64,000 nucleotides of DNA, taken from assembly GCA_963841915.1 (NCBI GenBank), contig CAWJEN010000005.1, forward strand, positions 320,001 to 384,000, written 5' to 3'. Shown here piece after piece: positions 51,830 to 62,741 of the stretch. The notes beneath the pieces are model-generated. The model searched no databases, was not told the DNA's origin, and worked only from the letters and a program-made list of their open reading frames with translations. The first letter of the stretch is position 1. Each line of letters opens with the position of its first letter. The stretch comes from an uncultured Planctomycetota bacterium. GTDB lineage: Bacteria > Planctomycetota > Phycisphaerae > Tepidisphaerales > Tepidisphaeraceae. Made by a program: the position numbers and the translations under genes.

Positions 51830-52881
51830 TCTGCCTTGCCCGCAAATCGCTCGATCGCACCGCGAACTGCTGCCTGATCAGGGTCTATCTGCAGGCTTTT
51901 TTGCCACACTTGCACCGCTTCGTCGACTAGTCGCTGCTCCAATCGCCCACCGGCGTCCCAAAGACGAAGCTTTGCAGAACCGGCAGCATTCAGCGCCCGT
52001 GGCTCGCGCGGAGCCCGCTCGACGGCCACATCAAGTGACCGGACCGCGTCGGTCAGCGTTCGACGGGCTGCGTCTGTTACGCCCATCGCCCGCTGGCGTT
52101 CTGCCTCAGCGGTCAACGCAAGGCCGATTGCGAGGGGCGGTTCGGGATCCCCGGGGCGAAGCTTCTCGGCTTGACGCAGACGGTCGATGGCAAGGGCGGT
52201 TTGTTCCCGCCGGGCGGCGTTGGTGCCGCTGAGGAGCAACAGGTCGTACCGGCCATCGGCGTCAGCGGGAAGCAGCTCAATTGCTCGCGTGTAAGCGTCG
52301 GCGGCTTGTCGCAGTTGCCCCGTCGCGTCCAATGCACGCCCGAGCAAGGCGACCGCTTCGCCGGAGACTTCATCGGCCGCGACGGCAGATTGCAGGTATG
52401 GCAGTGCCTCGTCGTGTCGATCCATCGCCACCAGCACGCGACCGGCACCAATGTTCGCGCCGAAGTCGCTCTCGGCATAGGCGAGCCCAGCCTGATACGT
52501 CACCAAGGCCTCGGGTAGCCGCCCCGCCGCCTCGATCGTGTCGCCCAAAGAGACGTAGTTGGCTGTCGTCTCTACGTCCCGCTCGACCAGGCGGCGGAAC
52601 CAACGTTCAGCCGTCGACAGCTCGTTGTCCTGGCGGGCAAGCTCGCCGAGCTCGCGGTTGACGAGGATGAGCGATGTGTCGGCAGCAGCGGCTTGCTCGT
52701 ACAGGCGGGCCGCCCTGTCGACGTCGCCCCGCTTTCGGGCGAGCTTGCCCTCGACATACAGGCCGAGCCCGCCTGCCGGTAACTCGGTGGCGACATATCT
52801 GCTCTGCGGCACGGGGTCACTGGACGAAGTGCAGCCAGCAAGAAGCGAGACAACGACGATGATCGGGAAGCAGCGGATCAT
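51826..52881 (-). CDS. TPR-repeat lipoprotein
   Basis: Lipobox LLAGC; tandem TPRs. Confidence 0.8.
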   Translation of the reverse strand: MIRCFPIIVVVSLLAGCTSSSDPVPQSRYVATELPAGGLGLYVEGKLARKRGDVDRAARLYEQAAAADTSLILVNRELGELARQDNELSTAERWFRRLVERDVETTANYVSLGDTIEAAGRLPEALVTYQAGLAYAESDFGANIGAGRVLVAMDRHDEALPYLQSAVAADEVSGEAVALLGRALDATGQLRQAADAYTRAIELLPADADGRYDLLLLSGTNAARREQTALAIDRLRQAEKLRPGDPEPPLAIGLALTAEAERQRAMGVTDAARRTLTDAVRSLDVAVERAPREPRALNAAGSAKLRLWDAGGRLEQRLVDEAVQVWQKSLQIDPDQAAVRGAIERFAGKAD

Positions 52882-52982
52882 GACATGGCTACTCGACACC
52901 CGACTCGACGGCGAATCGCGGTGGAGTATGGGACGATAGTCTTATCGGCCCGCAATTGCACGATGCGTTGATCAGCAGCGGC

Positions 52983-54146
52983 TTACACAAGTGTGCGGGC
53001 GCGGGCGTACCGGTCCATCAGTGGCGTGAGCAGGCTGACCAGCAGCAACGCGGCGAGCGGGCCGACATTGGGCTCACCGTACCGTTGTGCGGCGGCCATG
53101 GCCGGGCCGAGCAGCAGCGCAAAGACCAGTCGCCAACGACCCGCGACGGGTCGCAGGCTCGGTAACGGCGCGATCAACAGCGACGCGAACACGATCGGCC
53201 CACTCAGCAGCTCGTAATTCGCGAATGTGACGGCTACATCCCACGGCACCGCTCCGCCGATGAGCGGCCACGTCCAAGTCGGCCCACCGGGCGCGATGCT
53301 CGACGGGACCGGTAGCAGCGCGAAGGTCGCGTAGGCGGAGGCCAGCACCACCGTCGGAATGCGAGCGTCGATGACGCCTCGAAACAGCAGGATCATGCCG
53401 GCGGCTACGACCGCAGCGACGCTCGCCAGGCCGATCGGTCGCGGATGGCCGAGCAAGATGAGGTCTTCTGGTGGGGGCAACCGCTCACGAATGACCGAGT
53501 CAATCGTGTAGCGCTGCCGGGGCGGCCGATCGAGACCGCTTGCATAGACGCTTAGCACCGTCGACGCGCTCGGCTGAAACCTCGCGTCGGGCGATTCAGG
53601 CTCGGCCTCGCGGGACACGTAGGTGCCGGCAGACAGGTCGGCGATCGGGCGGCGGTCGTATTGGAGCAAATCACCGGTCACCGCCCGTTCGGCGCGTACG
53701 GCCAATCGCGGCACGATCGCATCGCCGAGCGTGAACGCAATGATAATGTACGCGACGAGCGCCGGCGAAACGCGACCACCCGCACGGCCGCCTAGAAGCC
53801 AAACCAAGAGCCCCAGCACCAACCCTGTCGCGGGCAGGATCGGCCAAAGCAGCGTCGGCTCGAGGCCGTCTGGCCCAGCAACGCCCGACGCCGCAAGGTG
53901 GGCCGGTAACAAAGAGCCGAGCAGCAAGCCCGACCACGTCGCGTGCGAGAGGTCAATCGTCGTGCCCTTGCGACCGACCCTTCGCAGCACCGCACAGGCC
54001 GCCACGGTGCCGGCGACGACGAGGCCCAGCACCACCGCCGCCCGCCAGCCGAAGACGATGAGGCCCGCCGCCAATGGCACGATCAAGGCCGTGATGTGGA
54101 CGGCTGTCCAGGCCCGCGTCGAATTGTTGGCAGCGGTGAGATTCAC
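52983..54146 (-). CDS. RnfD/NqrB-like membrane protein, divergent
   Basis: About 10 TM; SGLLLGSLLP, GG..SPALVA, IGLAS, ELLSGPIVFASLLIA, LLTPLMDRY resemble RnfD motifs. Confidence 0.7.
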   Translation of the reverse strand: MNLTAANNSTRAWTAVHITALIVPLAAGLIVFGWRAAVVLGLVVAGTVAACAVLRRVGRKGTTIDLSHATWSGLLLGSLLPAHLAASGVAGPDGLEPTLLWPILPATGLVLGLLVWLLGGRAGGRVSPALVAYIIIAFTLGDAIVPRLAVRAERAVTGDLLQYDRRPIADLSAGTYVSREAEPESPDARFQPSASTVLSVYASGLDRPPRQRYTIDSVIRERLPPPEDLILLGHPRPIGLASVAAVVAAGMILLFRGVIDARIPTVVLASAYATFALLPVPSSIAPGGPTWTWPLIGGAVPWDVAVTFANYELLSGPIVFASLLIAPLPSLRPVAGRWRLVFALLLGPAMAAAQRYGEPNVGPLAALLLVSLLTPLMDRYARARTLV

Positions 54147-54171
54147 GGTCGGACTCGCACAATCCCACGAC

Positions 54172-55095
54172 CTACGCCATCAGCATCGCCAAAAGCCCCT
54201 TCTGGGCGTGCAGGCGATTCTCAGCCTGCTCGAAGATGCGACTTTGCGGCGAGGCCATGACGTCGGCATCAATTTCCTCACCACGATGGGCAGGCAGGCA
54301 GTGCAGGACGATCGCATCAGGCTCGGCGGCGGCAAGCAGTGCGCCGGTGATGCCGTAACCGGCGAAGGCGGCTAGTCGCTTCTCCCGTTCGGCCTCTTGC
54401 CCCATGCTTGCCCAGACATCGGTATACAGCACGTCGCAAGCCTTGACCGCTTCCTGAGGGTCGGCGACCAGCGTCAGGTCGAGTGACGACACCTGCCGGC
54501 GGAGCCGTTCAGCCTCGTCGGCGGGCAACGCGTAGCCGTCGGGCGAGCAGCCGACGACGCTGACGCCGACCATGCCGCATGCGACGGCGAGCGAGCGGAA
54601 CACGTTGTTGGCATCGCCAATGTAGCAGACACGGCGACCCGCGAGGTCGCTGCCGAAGGCGTCCCGCATCGTCAGCAAATCGGCCAGTGCCTGGCACGGG
54701 TGAGCCAGATCGCTCAAACCGTTGATGACGGGCACCGGGCACGTGGCAGCCAAATCGTTGAGCGTCGACTGCGACCGGACGCGCGCCATGACGCAGTCGG
54801 TCATTGAGCCGAGGACGCGGGCGACATCACCGGCCGGCTCACGCGTATTGAGGCCGATGTCGGCCGGCGCGAGGTAAATCGCGTGGCCGCTGAGCTGGGT
54901 CATGGCGACCTCAAAGCTGACGCGGGTGCGCAGGCTCGGGTGCTCAAAAATCATGGCCAGCGTCTTACCGGCGAAGAGGGACGACGCCTTGCCGCTGCGG
55001 AGGTCACTGCGGAGCGACGCTGCCCGATCAAGCACTTCTCGGACGAAGTCGGGGCCATGGTCGGTGAGCTGCAGGAAGTGCGTCGGCGGGTTCAA
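54172..55095 (-). CDS. argF: Ornithine carbamoyltransferase
   Basis: SLRTR, HPCQALAD, DVWASMG, HCLP, QAENRLH. Confidence 0.95.
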   Translation of the reverse strand: MNPPTHFLQLTDHGPDFVREVLDRAASLRSDLRSGKASSLFAGKTLAMIFEHPSLRTRVSFEVAMTQLSGHAIYLAPADIGLNTREPAGDVARVLGSMTDCVMARVRSQSTLNDLAATCPVPVINGLSDLAHPCQALADLLTMRDAFGSDLAGRRVCYIGDANNVFRSLAVACGMVGVSVVGCSPDGYALPADEAERLRRQVSSLDLTLVADPQEAVKACDVLYTDVWASMGQEAEREKRLAAFAGYGITGALLAAAEPDAIVLHCLPAHRGEEIDADVMASPQSRIFEQAENRLHAQKGLLAMLMA

Positions 55096-55997
55096 AGGGT
55101 GATCTCCGTGCCGATACCAGCGGCGGTGTAGATTTCCAGCAGCAGCGCGTGCGGCGTGAGCCCATCGACGATGTGCGTCTTGCTAGCCCCACCGCGAAGG
55201 GCTTCGAGGCAGGCGTCCACCTTGGGCAACATGCCACCACCGATGATGCCGTCGGCGACAAGGTTCTTGACCCCGTTGGCGGTGACGGAGCTGATGCGGG
55301 TTGCCGGGTCGTGCATGTCGCGACGGATGCCGTGCGTGTCACTGACGACGACGAACTTGTGCGCCTTGAGGGCCGCGGCCACGGCGCCGGCGGCGGTGTC
55401 GGCATTGACGTTGAGCTTCTGACCCGTTTGCCGATTCACGCCGATCGTACTGATGACGGGAATGGCGTCAGCCTGCACGAGCAACTGCAACAGTCGCGTG
55501 TTGACGTCGACCACCTTGCCGACGAGGCCCAGGTCGCTGCCGTCGTCGTCGAGCGTCTGCTCGGCGAACAACACGTCGCTGCCGAGGCTGGTCAGGCTCA
55601 TTGCCTCGCAACCCTGGCTGCGGATGAACTGGACGATGAAGGGGTTGATCTCGCCACACAGCACGCCCTCGGCGATCTGCAACGTCTGTGCGTCGGTGTA
55701 CCGCTTGCCGTTGACCCACCGCGGCGTCAGCCCGGCCTTGGCCATGGCGGCATTAATTGCTTTACCGCCGCCGTGCACGATCACCGGCTGCATGCCGACG
55801 TAGTTCATGAAGACGATGTCGACGAGCAACCGCGCCAGCGCAGGCTCGTCATCCATGATGCTTCCGCCGACCTTGACGACGACCGTCTTGTCGTGAAATC
55901 GCTGGATGTACCCCAACGCCTCGATTAATGCCGCCGCCTTGTCACCGGCAGCGGCAAGGAGCTGGTGCGTCTCGTTGATCTTCGCCCCGTCGTTCAA
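55092..55997 (-). CDS. argB: Acetylglutamate kinase
   Basis: VVKVGG, VHGGG, NVNADT, GGMLPKV; TTG 55997 chosen as start. Confidence 0.94.
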   Translation of the reverse strand: MNDGAKINETHQLLAAAGDKAAALIEALGYIQRFHDKTVVVKVGGSIMDDEPALARLLVDIVFMNYVGMQPVIVHGGGKAINAAMAKAGLTPRWVNGKRYTDAQTLQIAEGVLCGEINPFIVQFIRSQGCEAMSLTSLGSDVLFAEQTLDDDGSDLGLVGKVVDVNTRLLQLLVQADAIPVISTIGVNRQTGQKLNVNADTAAGAVAAALKAHKFVVVSDTHGIRRDMHDPATRISSVTANGVKNLVADGIIGGGMLPKVDACLEALRGGASKTHIVDGLTPHALLLEIYTAAGIGTEITL

Positions 55998-56067
55998 GCG
56001 GGCAGGATAGACCCCGCAACTCGTCGGGCCAACTTGACCTGTGCACCGCGACCCGCACGATGCGTCC

Positions 56068-56910
56068 ATGCTCAAGCTCTCTGGCTTTGCCGACGAAATC
56101 GGCCCGACCCTTCACGAACAGATCAGCACCTGCCGGGACACCGGCGTCACGCATCTCGAATTGCGGAGCGTCGACAAGATTAACGTCATCGAACTTTCTG
56201 CCGATCGGTTGCGCGAGATCAACAAAATGCTCGCGGACGCCGGAATGGGCACCGTCTCCATCGGCAGCCCGTGCGGCAAGGTCGAGGCGACCGATGACGA
56301 GGCCAAGATCCTGGACATGTTCAAGCGGGCGCTCGACGCGGCAGTTGCCCTCGAAGCACCGCTGATTCGCGTCTTCAGCTTCTATCCAGAAGGTGGCGAG
56401 GGCAAAGGTCCGATCGACGCGATCCGCGGTCTAGCCATCGAGTTGCTCAGCAAACAGGTCGAGATGCTCGACAGCAGCGGCACCGACGTCGTCATGGTCC
56501 ACGAGAACGAGAAAGGCATCTACGGCGACACCGGCGACCGCTGCCTCGACCTCATGCAGAGCGTCAACTCGCCCAAGCTTCGCACGGCGTTCGACTTCGC
56601 CAACTTCGTGCAGGTCGGTGATGATCCGGCTGACAACTGGCCCAAGCTCAAGCCGTTCACGGCCCACATCCACATCAAGGACGCAGTCGCAGGCAGCGGC
56701 GACGTCGTTCCCGCCGGCCAAGGTGACGGCGGCATCGAGGCCATCGTGAAAGATGCTTACGCCTCCGGGTATCGCGGCTTCCTCAGCATGGAGCCGCACC
56801 TCAAGCTCGCCGCCCACAGCCACGGCGAAACGGGTCCGGAGCTGTGGAAGACGGCAGTGGAGGCGCTTCGCGACGTGTGCCGCCGAGCGGACGTGCCGCT
56901 GGCGAGCTGA
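56068..56910 (+). CDS. Sugar phosphate isomerase/epimerase family (xylose isomerase-like TIM barrel)
   Basis: SGFADEI, HENE, FDFANF, HIKD, MEPH. Confidence 0.88.
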   Translation: MLKLSGFADEIGPTLHEQISTCRDTGVTHLELRSVDKINVIELSADRLREINKMLADAGMGTVSIGSPCGKVEATDDEAKILDMFKRALDAAVALEAPLIRVFSFYPEGGEGKGPIDAIRGLAIELLSKQVEMLDSSGTDVVMVHENEKGIYGDTGDRCLDLMQSVNSPKLRTAFDFANFVQVGDDPADNWPKLKPFTAHIHIKDAVAGSGDVVPAGQGDGGIEAIVKDAYASGYRGFLSMEPHLKLAAHSHGETGPELWKTAVEALRDVCRRADVPLAS

Positions 56911-56933
56911 TTGCTGGAAGCGAAGGAGCAGCC

Positions 56934-58295
56934 ATGTCCGATCGCCACCGTTTCATCGACGTGCCTCCACCGGACGTGGTCTGGACGGTGGTCGGCGAGG
57001 CCGACGCAGACGAGGCATTGCTGCCGCGTGGCGAACTGCAGGTTGGGCAGCGCATCGGCACAGGCGTCGTCGTGCTGCCCGGCGACGCGGGTCAGCCGGC
57101 CGAGCGACGTGACACGCACGATCGCGCGGTGCTGGCCGTGCCGCAGGTGTGTCACGACGATGCCGAGACGGCTGCGACGCCGTTGCAGACGCCGATCGAA
57201 CCGAACGACGTCACTCCGCGCGATCTGGACGCGTGGCTCGAACGACTCGCCATGGCCGGCGTTCGGCCGGATCGGGTCAACTGCCCCGACCTGCACGCCC
57301 AGCTCGCCGCCAGCAAGACACGGCCGGCCGAGCTTGTCCTGTGCTCCTGCGTCGAGCCTGACCCGCTCTTGCCGTTGCAGGCCGAATGGGCTCTGAGGCA
57401 TCCGCGAGCCTTTAGCGACGGCCTGCGGATTCTGGCTCGGCTCAGCGGTGCGAGGCGGTCCGTCGTCGCCGTCGCAAGCGGCGACCATCGCCGCCTGTCA
57501 AGGCACATGGCGCGCCTCGACCCGCATACGCCTGCCCCGACAACTGGTGACGAGTCCCCGACCGTCGACGTCGGCAGCGTTCGGCTGATGTCCGTCAACA
57601 ACGCCTACCCTCAGGCCGATCCGACGCTGATGGCCTACGCACTCGCCGGGAAGCGGTTGCCCCCCGGGGCGTCACCGCTCGATGTAGGCGTGCTCGTCGT
57701 CGATGCCGTCGCTGCCGTTGCCGTCGGCCAGGTTGCACGTGGCTGCGCATGTGTGCGGACGGAGCCGATCGGCCTTCGCGACCACCGCACCGGTCTCGGC
57801 GTCCTGGCCAACGTCTGGCGTGGCAGCCGACTGTGCGACGTGCTGCTGTTCCTCGGACTTCAGCACCACGACTGCGAGCGCGACGACAAGGGCGAACCCA
57901 TACGAATTTGCGGCGGGGACTTCCTCAGAGGCAACGGACTCGATCCGGCGGCCATTGTCGGAAACGGCGAGCTGATCTTTCACATCGAGGCGGCAACGCC
58001 GACAGCCCCGCCTGAGCCGTGCATCCGGTGCGGCTGGTGCTTGGACATCTGCCCGACGGGGCTGAACCCGGCCGGTCTGCTCGATGCCGAGGCGGCGAAG
58101 CCGGACAAGCGGCATCAGCTCGCGATCCGCCACGGCGCCGACGCCTGCATCGGGTGCGGCCTGTGCGACTACGCGTGCCCGAGCAGCCTGCCTCTTCGCG
58201 ACGTCGCGACGAAGATGCGTGATTTTATCAAAGCGTCGGCATCGCCAGTTTCCGCAGAGGGCGATCCAGAAACACCGCAAGACGCTCTGCCATGA
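56934..58295 (+). CDS. RnfC-like 2x[4Fe-4S] protein, divergent
   Basis: AAGGAG RBS; EPDPLL, NAYPQ, CIRCGWCLDICP and CIGCGLCDYACPS. Confidence 0.75.
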   Translation: MSDRHRFIDVPPPDVVWTVVGEADADEALLPRGELQVGQRIGTGVVVLPGDAGQPAERRDTHDRAVLAVPQVCHDDAETAATPLQTPIEPNDVTPRDLDAWLERLAMAGVRPDRVNCPDLHAQLAASKTRPAELVLCSCVEPDPLLPLQAEWALRHPRAFSDGLRILARLSGARRSVVAVASGDHRRLSRHMARLDPHTPAPTTGDESPTVDVGSVRLMSVNNAYPQADPTLMAYALAGKRLPPGASPLDVGVLVVDAVAAVAVGQVARGCACVRTEPIGLRDHRTGLGVLANVWRGSRLCDVLLFLGLQHHDCERDDKGEPIRICGGDFLRGNGLDPAAIVGNGELIFHIEAATPTAPPEPCIRCGWCLDICPTGLNPAGLLDAEAAKPDKRHQLAIRHGADACIGCGLCDYACPSSLPLRDVATKMRDFIKASASPVSAEGDPETPQDALP

Positions 58296-59118
58296 GCGCT
58301 TCGAGTGCCGCGACGCCTTCACCGGTGGTTGCGGAGACGGCTGGGCCGTCGGCTGGCGGCTGAGCTACGTCACACTTGTTCCACACAACGAGGTCTGCCC
58401 GCCCGGATGCCGAAGCGTCACCTGTCGCGTCGCGAACTTCGATGACTAGATCGGCCTGCTCGATGACCTCGCGCGACAAAACGATGGCCTTGCCCTCGAC
58501 GCCGCCTACGTTGCGCCTGCCCGGTGTGTCTGCCAGTCGCACCGGTAGCTGACCGTCGCACAAGATGGCGGGGGTCTCGACCCAATCGCGTGTCGTTCCC
58601 GGCTCATCAGCGACGAGGCTTGCCGCTCGGCCGACGAGGCGGTTCGACAACGAACTCTTGCCGACATTGGGCCGACCCACGATTGCGATCAGCGGCGGCA
58701 CCAGCAGACGAATCAATGTGAGATCCGCAGGATCGGCCTCGCCCTCCTGTTCCCGCTGAGCCAGTAGCAATCGCAGTCCCAGCTCTGTCGTCGCCTGCGG
58801 TAACCAGCGGTCGACCGGGCCACCGATGGCAGCGTCATCTCGCAAAAAGCCTGCGGCCATCGCGTCGTCAAAGAAGCACTCGACGATCCGCCTGCCGCCG
58901 TGAAAGTTGACGTCGAACCATTCGTCACCGCCTCGAACGAGCGGGTCGTCGAGGATGCTGCCGTTAGCCAGGGTCCAGGAGCCGTACACGAGCTGGCCCG
59001 GTGGCGGCAGCTTACCGAGTCGAGACCTGACGAAGTTTGCCGCCGCCCGCCCTTCGACCCGCACGACGGCAAGGGCCGCCATGCCGGGCGCGGTGAGGAG
59101 CCGGACGACGTTGTTCAT
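58228..59118 (-). CDS. Short MnmE/TrmE-like GTPase
   Basis: LTAPGMAALAVVRVEG N-domain, HGG, GRPNVGKS, GTTRD, DTPG, NKCD, SAT. Confidence 0.8.
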   Translation of the reverse strand: MNNVVRLLTAPGMAALAVVRVEGRAAANFVRSRLGKLPPPGQLVYGSWTLANGSILDDPLVRGGDEWFDVNFHGGRRIVECFFDDAMAAGFLRDDAAIGGPVDRWLPQATTELGLRLLLAQREQEGEADPADLTLIRLLVPPLIAIVGRPNVGKSSLSNRLVGRAASLVADEPGTTRDWVETPAILCDGQLPVRLADTPGRRNVGGVEGKAIVLSREVIEQADLVIEVRDATGDASASGRADLVVWNKCDVAQPPADGPAVSATTGEGVAALEALMAERLAVFLDRPLRKLAMPTL

Positions 59119-59149
59119 GCAGATCGTTTCGAGTTGCTTAGTGTCCGCA

Positions 59150-59932
59150 CTAGGACTTGTGCGTGATGTGGTGGTTCGCGTAGGCAAGCGCGATGCCGTA
59201 CAGCGTCAGGTCACGGCTGATGGCGTGGATGAGCTCGAACGGGTGGTCGCCACCAAAGAGCTCATGTGCGTCGCCGCCTGTGGCGATGACCTCTGGCCAT
59301 GTCGCCTGTTCCATGGCGTGTTGTTCGACGCTCTGGCGGACAAGGCCGCGAATGGCGTTGACGATGCCGCAGTTGATGGCGCCCGGCGTGTCGCGTCCGA
59401 AGGCGTCACCCGTTGCCGCCGGACGGACGGCCGGCAGGTGCGTTGCCGCGTCAGACAGGGACGACGCCATCAATGATGCACCGGGCGCGATGCATCCACC
59501 CAGGAACGTGCCGCTGTCGTCGCAGAAGTCGACGGTGACTGCCGTTCCGACGTCAACGATGATGCATGCCTTCTTGAGCTGCTCGTATGCCGCTGCAACG
59601 TTGAGCACGCGGTCGACGCCTGTCGACTGCGGCTGCTCCGTTGCGACGGCGATGGGCAATTCCACGTCTTTACCGACCCGGCCCGACCCGCTCCAGCCCG
59701 CTTGGCGGACCATGTGAGCGACATCGTCGACGAAAGCTCCGTTGCTGGCGGCGATGACGACGTCGCTGTCGAAGCCCTCGAGTTGTTCGCGTGCCTGCTC
59801 GACCGCGCCGGCAACGTTGTCGGGTGAGGCGACGTCTGCGCGCCACGATGCGACCAGATCACCCGCTTCGAACGCGCCGAGTTTGACCCGCGAGTGTCCT
59901 ACGTCGATTGCCAGCAGATTGATGTCAGCCAC
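59150..59932 (-). CDS. coaX: Type III pantothenate kinase
   Basis: AIDVGHS, GVDR, VDVGTAVT, GGCIAPG, ATGGD; GTG 59932. Confidence 0.92.
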   Translation of the reverse strand: MADINLLAIDVGHSRVKLGAFEAGDLVASWRADVASPDNVAGAVEQAREQLEGFDSDVVIAASNGAFVDDVAHMVRQAGWSGSGRVGKDVELPIAVATEQPQSTGVDRVLNVAAAYEQLKKACIIVDVGTAVTVDFCDDSGTFLGGCIAPGASLMASSLSDAATHLPAVRPAATGDAFGRDTPGAINCGIVNAIRGLVRQSVEQHAMEQATWPEVIATGGDAHELFGGDHPFELIHAISRDLTLYGIALAYANHHITHKS

Positions 59933-59963
59933 GCCGCACCGTAGCAACGGGCCCAGCGAGTCG

Positions 59964-61971
59964 CTATTGCGGCTCAGGGACGAAACGCGGGCCGTCGTCG
60001 GGTTCTTCGCCGCGTAATGCAGCCAGCAGGATGTCTCCGTACATGGCAACCCGGCGTGGCCCCATGCCCTTGACGGCGGCAAGGGCTTCGTCGTCGCCCG
60101 GCGCTTCCATCGCGATGAGACGAAGCGTCCGGTCGTTGCAGATGCAGTAGGCAGGTAGCCCCTTGTCACGGGCGAGCGTGCCGCGGGCGGTGCGAAGACG
60201 GTCGAACCGCTCACCGGCATCGGCGTCGAGTTGCATCGGCTTGGCCGACGTGGCCAACGTTGCACGTCGTCGCGGCACCAGGTCGTTCAGCGGTGCGGGC
60301 GGGTCGGCCAGCGCCTTCATGACCCGCACGCCACTGGCCGTCATTTTGACAACCTTGATGTGCGAATCACCATCGACGGCCGTCTGCTGGACGAGGCCGA
60401 CCTCGATCAGCCGGTGGACCATGGCGATGACCTGCTTGACGGTGAACTGCGAGAGCAGGCCGTGCGTCGAAAGCTTATCGAGGCCGCGACCGGTGACCTT
60501 TTCGCTTGTGCTGCCGGTGAGAACTTCAGCCACGGTGCCTACACCCATGCGCTCGTTGAGCCTGGCGACGCCGCTGAGCAGCTTGCGGACGACGTCGCCC
60601 GTCTCTGCGTCGACGCGTGGCAGGTCGTCGTCGTCGTCGAGCTGCCCGTTCCCGTCGCGGCATGCGTCGCACTTGCACTTGGTCTGATCAACCCTTGCAA
60701 CATCGCCGAAGTAGTCGAGGATCTGCTGCCTGCGACACCGCCACGTGCTGGCGTAGCCGATCATGCGATCTAGCTTGTCCTGGCCCTGCTGCTTGAGCTC
60801 GGCGACCAAATCAGGGTCGGCGTCGTCAGCACCCTTGATGTTGTCGATGAAGTATTGCTGCGTATACCGGTCTTCGTAGCTGAACAGCAACACGCACCGT
60901 GCAGAGGCACCGTCACGACCGGCGCGGCCAGCTTCCTGGTAGTAAGCCTCGACGCAGCCGGGCAGGTTGTAGTGGGCGACGAGGCGGACATCCGGCTTGT
61001 TGATGCCCATGCCGAACGCGTTGGTGGCAACGGCGATGCCGCGAGGCGTGCGGAGCCATCGCTCCTGGTTTTCGGTTCGTGCCGCCGCGTCCATGCCGCC
61101 GTGATAACTGAAGACGGGCCGCGTCGGCAGACGTTCGGTGAGCAGGCCGGTGACTTCGTCGACGGCCTTACGGGTCGCGCAGTAGACGATACCGCCACCG
61201 TCCTCACGGCTGACAAGGTCGACCAGCGCGTCGAGCTTGGCCTTCTTGCCCTTGATGCGACGGCTTTCATACCGGAGATTCGGCCGATCGAAGCCGGTGA
61301 CGACGACGCTCGGGTCACTTAAGATCGAGCGTGCGGATGATGTCCGCCCGTACGTCTGCCGTCGCAGTGGCCGTCAGGGCGATCGTCGTCGGACGCCCAA
61401 GTAGTTCGCGAACTTCGCCCAGATTCTGATAGTCGGGCCGGAAGTCGTGCCCCCACTGGCTGATGCAGTGCGCCTCGTCGATAGCAAAGAGCGTCGGGTT
61501 CAACTCCGCCGCTAGTCGCCTGAAGTACGGGACAGCAAAACGTTCTGGCGATACGTAAAGCAAGCCCTCGAATGACCCGCTTTCGAGCTCGCGAAGCGTT
61601 CGGCGTTGCTCGTCCATGCTCATGCCGCTGTTGAGCATGGCGCAGTCGATGCCTTCGTCGCGCAGCTGCTGCGTCTGATTCTCCATAAGAGAAATCAGTG
61701 GGCTGACGACCAGGGTCAATCCGCCACGAACGACAGCGGGCAGCTGGTAGCACAGGCTTTTGCCGGCACCGGTGGGCATGACGCACAGCACGTCGCGGCC
61801 CGCCAGCGTGTCTTCGATGACCTCTCGCTGCATCGGGCGAAAGGCGTCGAGACCGAAGGATTGACGCAGGGCTTCGCGCAAATCATCGGCCGCCTCTTCC
61901 GAGGCGGTTGCTTGAGGTTCGGGCTTGCTGAGCGTCGTCGGTTCCATCCGCGGCATGTCACCATACGGCAC
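59964..61971 (-). pseudogene. recQ: RecQ helicase with a 1-nt frameshift near 61320 (probably assembly error)
   Basis: PTGAGKS, DEAHC, TATAT in 61315-61971; the shifted frame reads GFDRPNL..GIVYCATR into ATNAFGMG, QEAGRAGRDG, Zn, WH and HRDC domains in 59964-61094. Confidence 0.85.
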
Positions 61972-62028
61972 CGGGACGCAGAGGTTTTTGCCACTGGCGC
62001 GCCCGCATCAAGCCGCTAGGTTCGGCTC

Positions 62029-62649
62029 ATGGCAGAAACCACCGTTCAAGACCTGGAATACGACTACAACGCACTCGAGCCGCACATCGACGAACAGACG
62101 ATGCGGACGCACCACGACAAGCACTACGCGACGTACGTCAGCAAATACAACGATGCCGTCAAGGGGACGGACCTCGAGGGTAAGCCGATTCACGAGGTGC
62201 TGGCCGACAACGCCAGCAAGGTGCCGGACAACATCCGTCAAGCCGTCATCAACAACGGCGGTGGCGCGCACAACCACGCCCACTTCTGGGAGATGATGGC
62301 CCCCGCTGGCAACGGTGGCGGCGGTGAGCCCGTCGGTGAGCTGGCAGAGGCGATCAACAAGACCTTCGGCTCCTTCAGCGCCTTCAAGGACGAGTTCAAG
62401 AAGGCAGCCCTGGGCCAATTCGGCAGCGGCTGGGCCTGGCTCGTCAAGGAAGGCGACGCCCTCAAAGTCGTCAGTACGCCCAACCAGAACAGCCCGCTAC
62501 TGAGCGGCCAGATGCCGATCCTCGGGCTCGACGTATGGGAGCACGCTTACTACCTGAAGTACCAGAATCGACGTCCCGACTACGTCGACGCGTTCTGGAA
62601 CGTCGTCAACTGGCCTTACATCAACGAGCGGTTCGGCCGGGCCGACTGA
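62029..62649 (+). CDS. sodA: Superoxide dismutase, probably Mn-type
   Basis: [33 protein letters not shown]. Confidence 0.92.
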   Translation: MAETTVQDLEYDYNALEPHIDEQTMRTHHDKHYATYVSKYNDAVKGTDLEGKPIHEVLADNASKVPDNIRQAVINNGGGAHNHAHFWEMMAPAGNGGGGEPVGELAEAINKTFGSFSAFKDEFKKAALGQFGSGWAWLVKEGDALKVVSTPNQNSPLLSGQMPILGLDVWEHAYYLKYQNRRPDYVDAFWNVVNWPYINERFGRAD

Positions 62650-62706
62650 GCAGGCCACGCCCCCAAATCGAGGGCTTGTACTTATATAAGAATTACAAAG
62701 CACTAG

Positions 62707-62735
62707 TTGACTCGCTGCTGATGCCGCGGTAAACT
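62707..62735 (+). promoter_or_regulatory. Sigma70-type promoter driving a candidate sRNA
   Basis: TTGACT-17 nt-TAAACT. Confidence 0.7.
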
Positions 62736-62741
62736 GTTCCA

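Noticed and set aside
59932..60265. N-terminal 111 aa of the 371-aa coaX ORF, and similar upstream extensions on rplW, rplD, rpsJ, argB and the rhomboids
   Set aside because: Longest-ORF artefacts, mostly overlapping upstream genes; family homology begins at downstream starts
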